64,000 nucleotides of DNA from NCBI GenBank assembly GCA_047967505.1, contig CM106538.1; one strand, 5' to 3'. The position numbers were made by a program, and so were the translations under genes. The stretch comes from Dipteris shenzhenensis. Taxonomy: Eukaryota. Positions within the stretch are counted from its first letter, which is position 1. The number at the start of each line of letters is the position of its first letter. This document shows, piece after piece, positions 35,757 to 48,760 of the stretch. Under the pieces are notes generated by a model, which saw only the letters and a program-made list of their open reading frames with translations, made no database searches and was not told the origin of the DNA.

Positions 35757-38269
35757 GTGGCACTACTGACGTGGTAGTGCCAAATGATGTGGCAGGTGAC
35801 TAGGACTACTGATGTGGCCCTTTGATGACATGGCCACCTTGCTGATGTGGTTGAGATGACCTAGCTGCTGACATGTCAAATTGGGTTACCACATGGCAGT
35901 CAGTTGTGATGTGGCATGTGGATAAGGTGTGCCACCTAAGCAGTGATGTGGTAGATAAGAGGGCCACGTGCCACGTGTCACTATGTGAACCAAACCTTAG
36001 AAGGAGGGGGTGAATGGTGTGGCAGAGTTATTTGCCACGTGTTGTTCTTTTGGAGGGCAGAATCTTCTGAAATTTTGATGGAATCTTTCAGATTCCGTCA
36101 TCTTCCCTATGTTGAGACGTTGTCTTTGCTTTGCAGTCGTGCGTAGGGAGCTCCACGGGTGGAGACATGGGCCGTGAGCTCTACTGTTGGAGATGGAGGC
36201 TTTACAGGTCGTTGCTACAAGGGCTTGGCTGTGAGCCGTTTGGAGAGACGCCGTTGTAGCAGAGCCTTCAATGGAGCATTGGAGAGCTGCCTGGTTGCTA
36301 GCTCTGTAGTTGAGAGCTTGGAAGGCCTTGGAGAAGCGTCGACTGGGGCTGGAGCCCTAGTTGCTACAGGTAGCCGGTAGTAGTGTAGTTGACAGAAGGT
36401 CATTGAGCGTTGAAGGTTTGCTAGCTATTGATAGTCGAGTAGTTGGAGGCATCACTGAAGGAGTCCTTGCTACAGTCGTAGCATCTGCTGAAGTGTGTCC
36501 TACAAAAGGTTGAAGCATGTTGCGCCTTGGAGCTAAGGTGCTAGCTAGGGAGCCGATTGAAGGAGCCATCGGTGGGTTGGCCTTAGAGGCATTGCATGTT
36601 GGAGTAGTTGAGTCGTTGTAGAGAGGCGACTGTTGAAAGAAGGCACTGTAGACTATAGATGGCATGGAGGAAGGTCGTGTAGATGCTACCATTGATTCGT
36701 TGCTCCTTGAAGGAGTTGCCAGTCGGGGTTGCTGGTTGCTCGTTATGGTGGAGGCTACAGGCTATTAGAGCAGTCGGGTGGCTGGGTTAGTGGAGCTCCA
36801 GCCTTTGCTAGGTGTTGGTGGAGCCGTCGGTGCAGTTGGAGAGTCATAAGGATGCAGGATTTGGAGTAGTTGCTTAGGCTATGGCGCTGAGCTTTGGGCT
36901 CCCTCTCCCTCTCGAAAGCATTTTCTCTCAAGAAGTGAATCGAAGATCTCTCACCAGAAGGATAGAATGGAAGAATCACTTATAAAATGAAACCTCTCTC
37001 AAAGAACTGAATGAATAGATCGAAATGGATGGAAATCTCTTCCTCCTCTCAGCAGAAATCTCTCTTTCTCTCTCAGAATGAACAAGAGATCTCAAGGAAA
37101 TCTTTCTCTCTCTCACTCAATGGACGGGAATTCCTCACATGAATATAATTTTTTCAAGAATGAATGAACCAAAATCTTTCATCAATGGAATGAAAGAATG
37201 GAAGCACTCAATCTCTCAATCTAGATTTTCACTAATGATTGAGTTCTACAAGCATATACAATACACTTAGAGAATACTAAAATGCCAAGGAGCCTTTGAG
37301 AAGGAGGCTATGAACACATTGTTTTTTTAAAGCTTTTATGAACATATATGAAATAAGAATAGAATGCATTGTAATATAGCTTCTTCTAAATGGATTGAAG
37401 TAGTATTTCATAAAAGCATGTGTGTACCTAGTGGGTTGGAGTTTAATAGCAATTATAAGTAGTAATTCCCTAAACCAATGTGTGTAGTTATTAGCTATAC
37501 CTATATAATGGTTGAGGTTTAAAGAAAAGAATCAAAGTTTTACTATAAGAACACTGAAAAGCTACACATTGCACCTTTGTGGTTTAAAGACTGTAAAATT
37601 CCTTGAGAAAATAGTTGTCACAAGATATAGGCACAACTTGAATGATAATGTTGTGTTGCAAGCATGCCAATGGGCCATATGAACCTTTGTTTCAAGTACA
37701 TGCTTTACACACTACAAGGATTGGCCCCATTTTTTATGCTTATATCGATGCAAATTACATTGGAATATTTTTTTTAAAACTGCAAAGCATCGATATTACC
37801 ATCCATATTACTGTCGATGATAAGAAAACGTCGATATTAGCCTCCATATTATCATCAATATTAACATCGATAAAGCATATTTTGATGCTAATATGGATGG
37901 TAATATCGACTCTGAGAACAATTTATTGACGCTATCACAGAAACCCGAAGCTATTTTGACGTAAATATCCATGCTTTTTTTTTAGGGGCAAAATTTTTAA
38001 AGGGCAAATTAGGGCTTTTTTAGCCCTAATCTACCCTTCTATAAAAGGTTTGTATACAATGTACTGGCCAGTTTGAGTGTAAAAGTTTCTATATTCTTTT
38101 CAATTTGAGTACAAAATCTCATGTTTTCTGTGAGTACAATTATTATATTCTCTTGCACTTTCTATATCCAACTACTCTACCCTACTGATATGTACATCAT
38201 ATTTACTCTAGCCTAGTCACTGCTACTGTCCTCATCATTGCTCATATCCTCCTCATTGCTCTGGCCACC

Positions 38270-39100
38270 CTCCTCATCTCTCTTACCCTCCTCCTCGTCA
38301 TCGTCCCCTCCGCCTCTTGCCTCTCCAGCTTCGGCATCCTCTTGGCGAGCTTGTTGCAAGTACTCATCTCCATCATCTTATTCAAGAACCATGTGTCAAA
38401 GGTTAGCATATATGTAATAGTTGTTCAAATTGAGCATCTAAAGAGAAATGGGTGTAGTAACTTCTTACATTCAAAAAGGGGACAAATTCCCTGCTTGCTT
38501 CACAATAGTCGAATAAGGCTTTTGTATCATAGTCATATGCATATGAGTACTCCTTTATGCACTGTCTACCCATTTTCATTTCCTAACATTAGAAGCATCT
38601 ATGTTAATTTCATGATTTAGCCCAAGCATTCCCAAAATACATGCAGAAAGAAGTGAAAGAATAGGTACTTACAAAAAAATGATTCTTCCCACCCGAGCCC
38701 AGATGCGATTGGCCCACTTTACTCTTCCTTGCAGCAGCAATAGCTGCCTACCTCTGCTAGTCATACTTCTTTGGAGTCTTGAGTTATTTCTTTATAATCT
38801 TCCAATTGTCATTATGGACCCACGAAGGCTTTGAATCCTTTGCCTTTGCTTTTTTGCGGATTTGGTCTTTCTGTGATTTCAAAGCAGTAGCCATCTTGTT
38901 CAACATCCACCTAGAGTCAAACTCTAGGTTCTCACTTGGGACTCGGAACTCCTTCCTTAGTGTCTTCAAGATGTAATCTTTTTTTTTTTGGGTGCTGGTG
39001 TCAAAAATCCATGACCACCTTCTTGAATTCACTTGAACAGAGGCCATGCATGTGGTTAATTAGACACTTACCTCTCTTATCCACTATTTCATACTCCTTA
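38270..39100 (-). mobile_element. Degenerate CACTA TnpA/Ptta-like (Transposase_24-type) coding remnant
   Basis: WSWIFD..KKKDYILKTLRKEF..WMLNKMATALK..KPSWVHNDNWK..SHLGSGG, a GTAAG donor near 38672, and an acidic tail. Similarity judged by eye only. Confidence 0.4.
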
Positions 39101-39459
39101 TTAACTGAATAGGGGAGGGTGGTGGATGTTTGGGAGCCTGCTTGAGAACACTCAGTGACACTCGTTGTACTTGAGCCTGAGCACCAGCATCAATTCCTCT
39201 CATTCTCTCTCTCTCTCTCTCTCTCTCCTGAGTACCTCCCTGAGTGGTGCCCTAGGAGATCTCAATAGAATTTGGTGGACCCGACTTTCACTGCCTCTCC
39301 TCTTTGAACTCCCAAAGGATTCAGTTTCTATCCTTCGGATCAATACGCATGAGTAGTTTGCATGCTTTCTATGTGCTACTACCAGTGGTAGTATCATCGG
39401 TCCCTATCTTTCGACTACCCCATCCACTTATCATCCTTCACGGAGGTAGAAGAGATTTT

Positions 39460-40250
39460 AAGCATGGAAAAGAAAGGAAAGAGAGGGAGGAGATGGAAAG
39501 AGGAAGAGAGAGAAGGGAAAGAGGAATAGAGAGGGAAAGAGGGAAGGAAAAGAGAGATGCAAGGAGAGTAAGGAAAGAGTAGGGAAGGAGGGAAAAAGTA
39601 GGGAAGGAGTAGGGAAGGAGGGAAAAAGTAGGGAAGAGTAGGGAAAGAGTAGGGAAGGAGTAGGGAAGGAGGGAATAGAGAGATGCAAGAAGAGTAGGGA
39701 AACAATAGGGAATGAGGAAAAAAGTAGGGAAAAAGGTGGGAAAGGGAGAGAAGGGGAGGTTTATGCATATGCTTTAGAGGTGAATGTTTATAATGAGAAG
39801 AAGAATTGCATGCATATGCTTTAGAGGTTTGTCAAGATTCGCCCCACACTTCAAAAAATTGCATGCAAGTCTCCTTCTCATTGTAAACATCCACCTCTAG
39901 ACACATGAAATGGAAAGGGGTAGAGGAAGGGGAAAGGGAAAAGGGGAAGGGGAAGGCAAAAGGGGAAAGGGGAAAGGGAAAGGGGAGAGAGGCACTTACT
40001 CAAAAGTTAGGTGGGGCTCTTTTTGTGAACCGCATAGAAAAGCAAGCCTGCACAAATCACTGAACAAAAGAACCCATGAGAAGAGGAAAGGGGAGAGACA
40101 TAGAGGAAAGAGAGGAAAGGGGAGAGACAAGGAAAGGGGAGATGTAGAGAAAGAGAGGAAAGGGAAGAGCTTGGAAGGGGAAGAGAGGAAGGGGAAAGAG
40201 GGAGGAAAGGGGAGAGAGGAACAAGGGAGAGAAGGGGAGAGGGAGGGAAT
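39460..40250 (+). repeat. Long purine-rich low-complexity tracts with AGTAGGGAAGG and GGGGAAA repeats
   Basis: Almost pure A/G on + over 39460-39760 and 39910-40250. Confidence 0.85.
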
Positions 40251-40669
40251 TGCGTTTTCTATCCCATGACCCTCATTTCCCCATGCCCTCCTCCTCCTCT
40301 TATTTTCCTCTTGCATGTAAAAAACAAGGAAAAAACCTAGAGAAAATAAGATTTGAAAGGAGGAGATAAAACAAGTACAATCATTCTTGGAACTAGAAAT
40401 GCAGGTTCTTTTAAGGCTCTCCTGCCTTTGTCCTTCTGCTCGCAATGTCTTTGACATAAGAAATGGAAGGGAGATGGTTGCAAAGTCTAAAGGGGAGAGA
40501 GTGTGAGGAAAGATTGGTCTTTGAGGGAGAAAAGGGACGTGAAATAGGGAGATTAGGTGTTTTTTGTCCTGACAATGTCGATATTAGCATCAATTGAAAG
40601 CATCAAAAATACAAATATCTACCATAACCTTAATTTTGTTTTAAAAAAAGCTTTGTGTTTGATTCAGTT

Positions 40670-41553
40670 TTCCAGTTGGCTGTCTATTAGTATTTCATAT
40701 TCTACGATTGTGCATATTCAGGATGCAAGCATGCCGAAGGAGGCATGGGATACTTTGACAAAAATGTATAGCACAAATATGCAAGCAAGGGAAATGCAGC
40801 TCAAGCAGGAGTTGCATAATGTACAAAGAGAAAATTGAGCATCAATGACTACCACATGAAGCTGAAAAAGATTGCAGATGCACTTGCTTCTATTGGGTTG
40901 CCAGTGGAAGATGATGATTTAGTTTCTGTGACCTTGAATGGTCTAACAAAGGATTATGCACAATTCTGGACATCCATTGCCATCCGTGAGAATTTTCCTG
41001 ATTTTGAGGAGTTGATTGCTCTTCTAATTTCTAAAGAGCAGAGAAATGGTGGTGCATCTTCTTTAGGAGGAACTTCAAAAGAAGCTGTCTTCTACTCAAA
41101 TGCTAGAAGAGGTAGAGATAGAGGTAGAGCAGGCCAATTTGGAGGCCATGGCAAAAATCATAATATGCAGCAAATTCAAGAAAACTAGTCCTATGGAGGA
41201 GGACGTGGTAACTTTAGAGGCAGGGGGAGCCAAAGAGTTCATGGTCGATGGTAGAGAGGCCAAAATGCAAACAACAATGTTGAATGCTACTACTATGGTA
41301 AAATGGGTCATATGGTTAAAGACTGCTATAAAAAGCAAAATGACATCATGATTGGAAAATCGCAGCAAGGCAATTATGCATCCTCTAGTAGACAGGGTGA
41401 TGATAGAAATGAGCATATGTTTATGGTGCAACACATGACCAATTCTATGACAAGTGCAGAAGAAAGCAATGATGTGTGGTATGTTGACTCAGGTGCATCA
41501 AACCACATGACAAGTCATGTAGAATGGATGCAAGATGCAAGGAAAATGGAAAG
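40670..41553 (+). mobile_element. Copia gag-protease fragment, same family as 20091-22897
   Basis: IVHIQDASMPKEAWDTL..VTLNGLTKDY..CYYYGKMGHMVKDC..WYVDSGASNHMTSH, near identical to both halves of the 20091-22897 element. Confidence 0.9.
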
Positions 41554-42035
41554 GTCAACCTTAGATTGTTTGAAGTGCATATTTAGCAAGATTTTACTCA
41601 TTCTCTCACACCAAGCTCTTGGAGCTTGCTTCAGCCATACAATGCTTTCCTTAACTTGCACATATGCATAGGATATTTGAGATGTATATATCCTTTGGGC
41701 TGATGCATATAAACCTCCTCATGAAGTGTACCATTCAAGAAAGCATTTTTGACATCCATTTGATATAACTTCCATCTATTTGTGCTTGCCAAAGCAATCA
41801 CGGTCCGTATGGTGGTCATCTTTGCCACCGGGCTGAATCCAACCAATATGTTTGGGCATATCCTTTTGCACAACTAACCTTGCCTTGATCTCTCCACACT
41901 TCCATCCAATTTGCACTTCACTTTATACACCCATTTGCATCCAATAGCTTTCTTTGCTTTTGGGAGTTTGACAAGTGTCCAAGTGTTGTTCTTATCCAAG
42001 GCATCCATTTCTTCATCCATGGTATCCCTCCAATT
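41554..42035 (-). mobile_element. Copia RT fragment
   Basis: NNTWTLV..KWVYKVK..FSPVAKMTTIR..QMDVKNAFLNG..KALYG.KQAPRAW. Confidence 0.9.
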
Positions 42036-42050
42036 TGAATTTTTTATAGC

Positions 42051-45000
42051 CTATTCTGCACCACGGTTCTATCGTGTGGTCGGTGGCCTATTCCGATCCC
42101 CAATCGGCCGTTTTGGGTGAACTGGGTCGGTCACCCAATTGGGTCTAACCGACTACGACTGGTGGCTATATAAGAGCAAGCTCGTGAAACCCATATCATC
42201 ACTAGCTACAGCAACCCTGATTCCTTAGCATCCAGCCTCCATCCTCTACTATTTCTAGCATGCCATCGAAGCTTCTCACACAGGAGCACACGCCTGGGAG
42301 GCAGCACCATCTATTCTATCAGTTCTACAGTAATCAAATTTTTTATTCTCCATACTATCTGCTTTTCTCTCTTGCATACGAGATCCTATTATCTATTGAG
42401 CACAGATGTTGTATTGTTTTCTTACATGGTATCAGAGCTTGGACTCTAGCAAGAAGATTTGGTAGTGTGTTTTTGTTTGTGAGCAGATTGTGAGAGATGC
42501 CCCAGCCCACAAGACTACGAATCCCACCGTTCGGCGAAAGCGAAAAGTTGGACGGCACTAACTATCCACTCTAGAAGTTCAAGATGAAGACCATCCTCAG
42601 TGCATACGAGCTTTGGGATACTACTACTGGGGTGGATGTGAAGCCGGTTGTGAGACCGGATCCAATGCAGGACAACAGATAGTATCAACTACGGATGAGA
42701 TTCTCGCATGGACAAGAAGAAATGCAAATCATGGCACAACAACATCTACGAACTCTCAGCTTTCAGGGCTCGAGCAGATGTGAAGAACACTAAGCTGTGG
42801 CATGAGAGGTTTGGTCATCTAAACCTTAGTTCTTTAAAGGAGATGCATAAAAGTGGAATGATTGCAGACCTACCAAAAATTACAGATTTGCCTGATGTAT
42901 GTGAAGCTTGCATGATGGGCAAGCAGCATCGGCAGCCCTTTCCTAAAGAGGCCAGCAGGGCAAAGGCTCCTCTAGAGCTCGTTCACACGAACCTCTGCAA
43001 AAAGCTAGAGACAAAAGCTTTGGGTGGCTCCTACTACTTCATGACATTGATCGACGACTACAGTAGAAGGATATGGATATACTTCCTGAAGACTAAAGAT
43101 GAGGCTTTTAGTAAGTTCAAAGAATGGCATGTAATGGTCGAGAAAGAAACGAGGAGGAATGTGAAGAAGTTGAGATCAGACAGAGATGGAGACTTCACAT
43201 CAAGTGAATTCGAAAGTTACTGCAAAAGTCACAGGATCAAGATGCAGCACATACATCACAACAAAATGGAGTAGCAGAAGGCAAGATGCGTATCATTTGC
43301 AAAATGGGCAGGAGTATGATGAAAGGGAAAGATTTGCCAAAGTCTTTCTGGGCTGAAGCATGTAACACGGCAATTTACATTCTGAATCCTAGCTACACGA
43401 AGGCTGTGAACGGGATGACTCCACTGCATGCCTTTTCTGGTAAGAAACCTTCAGTTGCACATTTCAAAGTTTTTGGATGTGACTGTTTTGTGCATGTCCC
43501 TGATGCTAACAGGACCAAATGGGAACCGAAGAGCCGGAAGTGTATTTTCTTGGGCTACAGTGAAGAGGCGAAGGGTTACCATCTCTATAACCCTGCTACC
43601 AAGAAGAAAATAGTAAATCGCAATGTTGTCTTCTCAGCAGCTGCATCAACTGGAGGATGCTTCCTTCCCAGACAACCAGGACTAGGATATCCATCCAGTA
43701 CAACCACCAATAGCAGACCGAACTCCCCCAACAATGCTTGGGAGGATTCAAGATAAAGAAGAGGAAGAAGAGCCTGTAGAACCACAATGGCAATGGCCAT
43801 TCCCAAAGTGGGTAAAGTAGCTTTTAGATAGCAGAGAACCTCTAGCCATTGAGGAGGAACCATCCGAACACCGTCGGTCCAAGAGATTAGAGGAGCAAAG
43901 AAGGCCACAGGAACACTTGGTCAAGTATGCTTTGATGACAGAGGTGATCCGTGCTGATGAACCCAAGTGTCTTGAAGAGGCACAGGGTGATGATAGGTGG
44001 ATGGAGGCTATGCAGTCGGAGTATGGCTCCATAATGAAGAACAACACTTGGGACCTTGTGGATCGACCACCAAAATGCAAGGTATGGCACCAAGTGGGTG
44101 TACAAGAGCAAGTACAAGTCTGACGATGTGTTGGATAAGTACAAGGCTCGGCTTGTGGCAAAAGGATTGGCACAGGTACATGGTTTTCATTATCAGGATG
44201 CTTTTGCTCCCACAACTCGACCAACCACAATTCATAGTGTTTTGGCTTTAGCAGCCCAGGGAAGTTGGCCCGTGTTTCAGATGGATGTAAAATCCACCTT
44301 TCTGAATGGAGATCTCAAGGAGGAGCTATACGTGGAACAACCACCAGGTTTTGTGATCCCTGGTTCAGAAGGTAAAGTCTATAAACTGAAGAAGGCACTT
44401 TACGGGCTGAAACAGGCCCCACGAGCATGGTACCAACGGATTGATGCCTACTTTCTGCAAAACAGGTTCAGGAGGAGCCCATCTGATGCAAATTTGTATA
44501 TCTTCAGAGAAGGAGGCAGGTGTATGATTGTGGTCCTTTATGTGGATGACCTTGTCATAACAGGAAACCATGAAGAGAAGATCTTGTAGACAAAGCATTT
44601 GCTAGGAAGAGAGTTTGAAATGATAGACCTCAAACTGATGCATTTCTGTTTGGGGATTGAAGTTTGGCAAGAGCCAAAACATATCTTCATCTCACAGCTG
44701 AAATATGCTGGAGAGATACTGAAGGCATTTGGCATGGCTAAGTGCAAGACAGTTGGCACCCCTATGGAGGTTGACGTGAAGCTCTCAAACGAGGATTCAT
44801 CACCACTGGTGGACGAAGTGAAGTACAGAAGGCTTGTGGGCAGCTTGATTTACTTGTGCAACACCACGCGACCAGACATCACCTTTGCGACTGGTGTACT
44901 AAGCAAGTTTTCCAATAAGCCCCGAGAGAACCATTGGAGGGCAGGGATGCGAGTGCTGAAATACATCAAAGGCACACTTGATTATGGCATCACCTATACC

Positions 45001-46232
45001 AAGGGCAACATCTTGACCAGATTCTATGACTCGGATTGAACAGGAGACGTGGACAGCAGGGTTACTGTTTCTCAGTTGTTGGATCTGGAGCTTTGTCATG
45101 GGTCAGTAAGAAGCAACCCACAGTTGCTCCTCCTTCTACCGAGGCTTAGTACAAATCAGAATGTTTTGCTTCTTGTGAGGTAGTGTGGTTGAGGAGGATT
45201 TTAGGGGACATGGGTGCAGTGCAGAACAAGCCTACACAGTTATCATGTGACAATCAAAGTTGCATGGTGATTGCAAAGAACCCTGTGTTCCACGCTCGCA
45301 CAAAACACATTGAGATTCAATATCACTTTGTACGTAAGCTCATCATGGATGGAGAGGCCGACTTAGTGTACTGTCCGACTACAAAGAATGTTGTGGACAT
45401 CTTCATGAAGGCTCTTGGAAGAGACTTGCTGGAGAGGCATCTTCATCGACTTGGCATTGGGCCAAAAAAGTAAGTTCACTTGCGGGTGTACATTGAGGGG
45501 GGGTGTTAGATATCAATGCTCCACTCTCGTGTAACTACACGGGAACTAGCTAACTCTACTTGTAACCCCCCCATATGAGGAGAAGGCATTTGAGTAGCTC
45601 GGTTATCTGATAGGTCCTGGTTTGGACACCAGATTGGGGCCATGTGGGGCCTGATGGCTGGACGGCTTCAGATAGAGTTGGCACATTGCCAACTAGGCTA
45701 CATGCAGAGAAGGCATCCCATGACTGACCGCACTGAGGGTAGATGGAGCATTTCTCGAGGCAGTCCACTCTCGAGTTGCGGGGCCCGTTTGGAGCCCCAA
45801 ATGATCTCGAATGGTTGTGGGCCGAACAATAACCATAGGTTAGTTGCTCTATTCTGTGCCATGGTTCTATCATGTGGTCAGTGGCCTATTTCGAGACTGA
45901 CCCCTAGTCGGCCGTTTTGGGTGGACTAGATCGGCCACCCAATTGGGTCTAACTGACTATGGCTGGTGGCTATATAAGAGCAAGCCCGTGAAACCCATAT
46001 CATCACTGGCTATAGCAACCCTGATTCCTTAGCATCCCCAGCCTCTGTCCTCTACTATTTCTAGCATGCCATCGAAGCTTCTCACACAGGAGCACACGGC
46101 TGGGAGGCAGCGCCATCTATTGTATTAGTTCTACAGTAATCAAATTTGTGATTCTCCATACTATCTGCTTTTCTCTCTTGCATACGAGATATTGTTATCT
46201 GTTGAGCACAGACGTTGTATTGTTTTCTTATA
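42051..46232 (+). mobile_element. Internally deleted copia element: truncated 5' LTR 42051-42426, PBS 42427-38, gag start fused to integrase, RT, RNase H, PPT, 3' LTR 45504-46232
   Basis: The LTR copies align, PBS is TGGTATCAGAGC. Motifs KLDGTNY, WHERFGH, IDDYSR, YKARLVAKG, QMDVKSTFL, YVDD, HARTKHI. GAGGGGGGG precedes TGTTAG. Confidence 0.92.
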
Positions 46233-48001
46233 GTCTCCTCGGATCTATGCATTAGAGTCATTGTTTACCGGCCGAGAGGAATGCTAATAAGAGAAAAAAG
46301 GATAAGGTTGTTGATGATGAGGATTTGGACTTGCATGTATGGATTTGGAGCCCATGGGTAAAGTTTTGGTATTGATCATGTCAATAACTTTGAGTTGAAT
46401 GTACCTGGTTTTGTACTGATTTGCATTATTTCACATGTGGTGCTTCTATCAACTTCCTATTGTCATCTAAGGACAGTGAAAGTGCAGTCTTGGAGCTTGT
46501 TGGGTGTCTAGTGCTGCCTAAAGCAAATATCCAATATGAACACCTATTCACCTAAGGACATCTGAGGATTGTGCCTTGATTTTGAGATTGAGTGCTTGAT
46601 GTGTTAGTGCCCTTCCTCTTCAATGGGGTTTTATTTATGCATCTATCGTGTCTAAAGTGGAAAAACTTGTGCATGTGTATATGTAGCCTATGTGTCTAGG
46701 TGCAAATTTGAGAGAATCATATCTACAAATTTATTCGTTGATGCTGTGGTTGAGAAACCATGTAATTATTTGTGGTTTGGAACGCAAATGGAATTTTACC
46801 GAATGCCACTTCTTTATTTGTTTTTATCCTTCTTTCTTTCAAAGACCAAGAACATCATTGGGAACTTCTTATCATGTTGGCCTTTGGATTTTGGAGAAGC
46901 TTTTCTAGTCTTGTACTTGAGTTGATAGGCATGTTGGCAAGCTGAACTAGTATAGTGAGGTGGCACTTGAGTTCATATCTAGATATGCTTTTGGCGAAAG
47001 TGCAACCTCTTGATTTTGTAAGATGGATGTTTGGATTGTGTTCCATCCTACGATGATGCATGTCTCTACTAATTTGTCAATATTTGGTGATGCATGTAGA
47101 TATTCTTTCGATCCCTTGGGTTCAATTCTTTCCATGTGTTGAAAGCATTTCATTGTGAAGTAGTGGTGCAAGGGGGGAGGATCTAGTGAGGACTTAGAGG
47201 AAGGAGGAGATGATAGAAGCTCCAACAATGAGTTGCAAAAGGTAGCTACTTAGTCGAGTCTTTTTGGGATTGTGTAACATTTAGCTACTGTAAAGGGATA
47301 GGCCAGCTTGTTCCTCAAATCTTAGTTTGGAATGGATTTTTAACAATGAACTTTGAGAAATACTTGAATACATAAACACTTCACCTATCAATCAATCAAC
47401 CAATCTATCTACTATCAATCTATTAATCTATCTATCCATCTATCTATGGAGAAAGGGGTTCATGTTGTTGCTATTGGAAGGATTGAAGTGCCTCTCAAAA
47501 TTGTGAAGAACTCTATTCAAGAGTCATTAGTGTGGTGTTGTGGCTGCCATGAATTGTTTTTGTTCAGTTTGGTTTTGTAAAAGATTAGAATTAGGATTCT
47601 ATTATTGGTGATGAAGAGGAGCGGAAGGTTTTGGATGACAATGGTTTTTAAATGTTTCATCCTAGGGTGTGCAGTGACATTTTGCCTCCATTTTTCATGC
47701 TATTATTTGTCCTCATTTTGTATTCTATTTTTTGTCCTCATTGTATTTATGGTGGGAAGGAGTTGCATGGTGTTTTAATGGCTTGATTTTTTGCAGAGTA
47801 CTAACATGGTGGGAGATCATGTGGAAAAGCACTCGAATAAGATTGTGTGATCGATGTTCGGTGTTAAAGTTATGGATTGGGAGAAAGGAGATGTCGATTA
47901 TTTAACTGTTACTAGATTGAATTTGTGTAAGTTCATGAGGAGGTTGGTTATAGGAGTGCTTCTTCGTACAAGAAGTCTGATACCAATAATAGTTTGAAGA
48001 T

Positions 48002-48760
48002 TGTGTGGGGGTTAAAGGCCACTGTACCTTAACCCATACTTGGGGACACAGCTTCAGACTATACAGGGCATGTGGATAGAAGGAGATCCACTTCTGGTTA
48101 TGTGTTCACCTTTGCAAGTGGTGTAGTGTCGTGGATGTCTCGCACACAAAAGTGTGTTGCTTTGTCTACCACAGAGGCTGAGTATGTTACAGCCATAGAG
48201 GGTTGCAAGGAGGCCGGCTAGTGGGAGATTTGGGGATTCATATAGGTATAATGACATTGCATAGTGCTTCCATGAGTGCTATTTAGCTAGCACGGAATCC
48301 AGTATTTCATGCAAAGGCCAAACACATTGAGGTCAGGTACCATTTCATTAGGGAGGTACTTGAGGAGAAGCGCATAAAGCTTGTCATAACGCTGCAGATA
48401 TGCTGACGAAGAGTCTATCTAGTTAGCAGTTTGAGTATTGTCATGTATTGATGGGCATTGGATAGTATGTCCATTGGTCGTTCTTCCTTAAAGGCACATT
48501 GGCCTTTAAGTGGAATGTTGTGGGGGTTAAAGGCCACTGTACCTTAACCCTAGCTATGTACAATACTCAAACACACATATATACGAATGATATAGAAGAT
48601 TAGGGTGTTCTGTACCCACTTGTGTGGCTCTCCCTCTCTCTCACCCTCTTCCATTCCGCTTCCATTGAGAGCACTCTCAGATTGCTATTGTGCAATCTAT
48701 TCTTTTGAGTCCTTATAATGCATTTGTTGTGTTGAAAAGCTATACTGAAGTTCCCCATAA
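48002..48760 (+). mobile_element. Copia deletion derivative: 33 bp of LTR start, RNase H, PPT, LTR (from 48516)
   Basis: TGTGGGGGTTAAAGGCCACTGTACCTTAACCC occurs at ~48004 and ~48519. DYTGHVDRRRSTSGYVF..VALSTTEAEY..FHAKAKHIE lies between. Confidence 0.75.

Noticed and set aside
39304-40457. ORFs rich in E/R/G/K or P/S/F/L
   Set aside because: Translations of low-complexity purine tracts.
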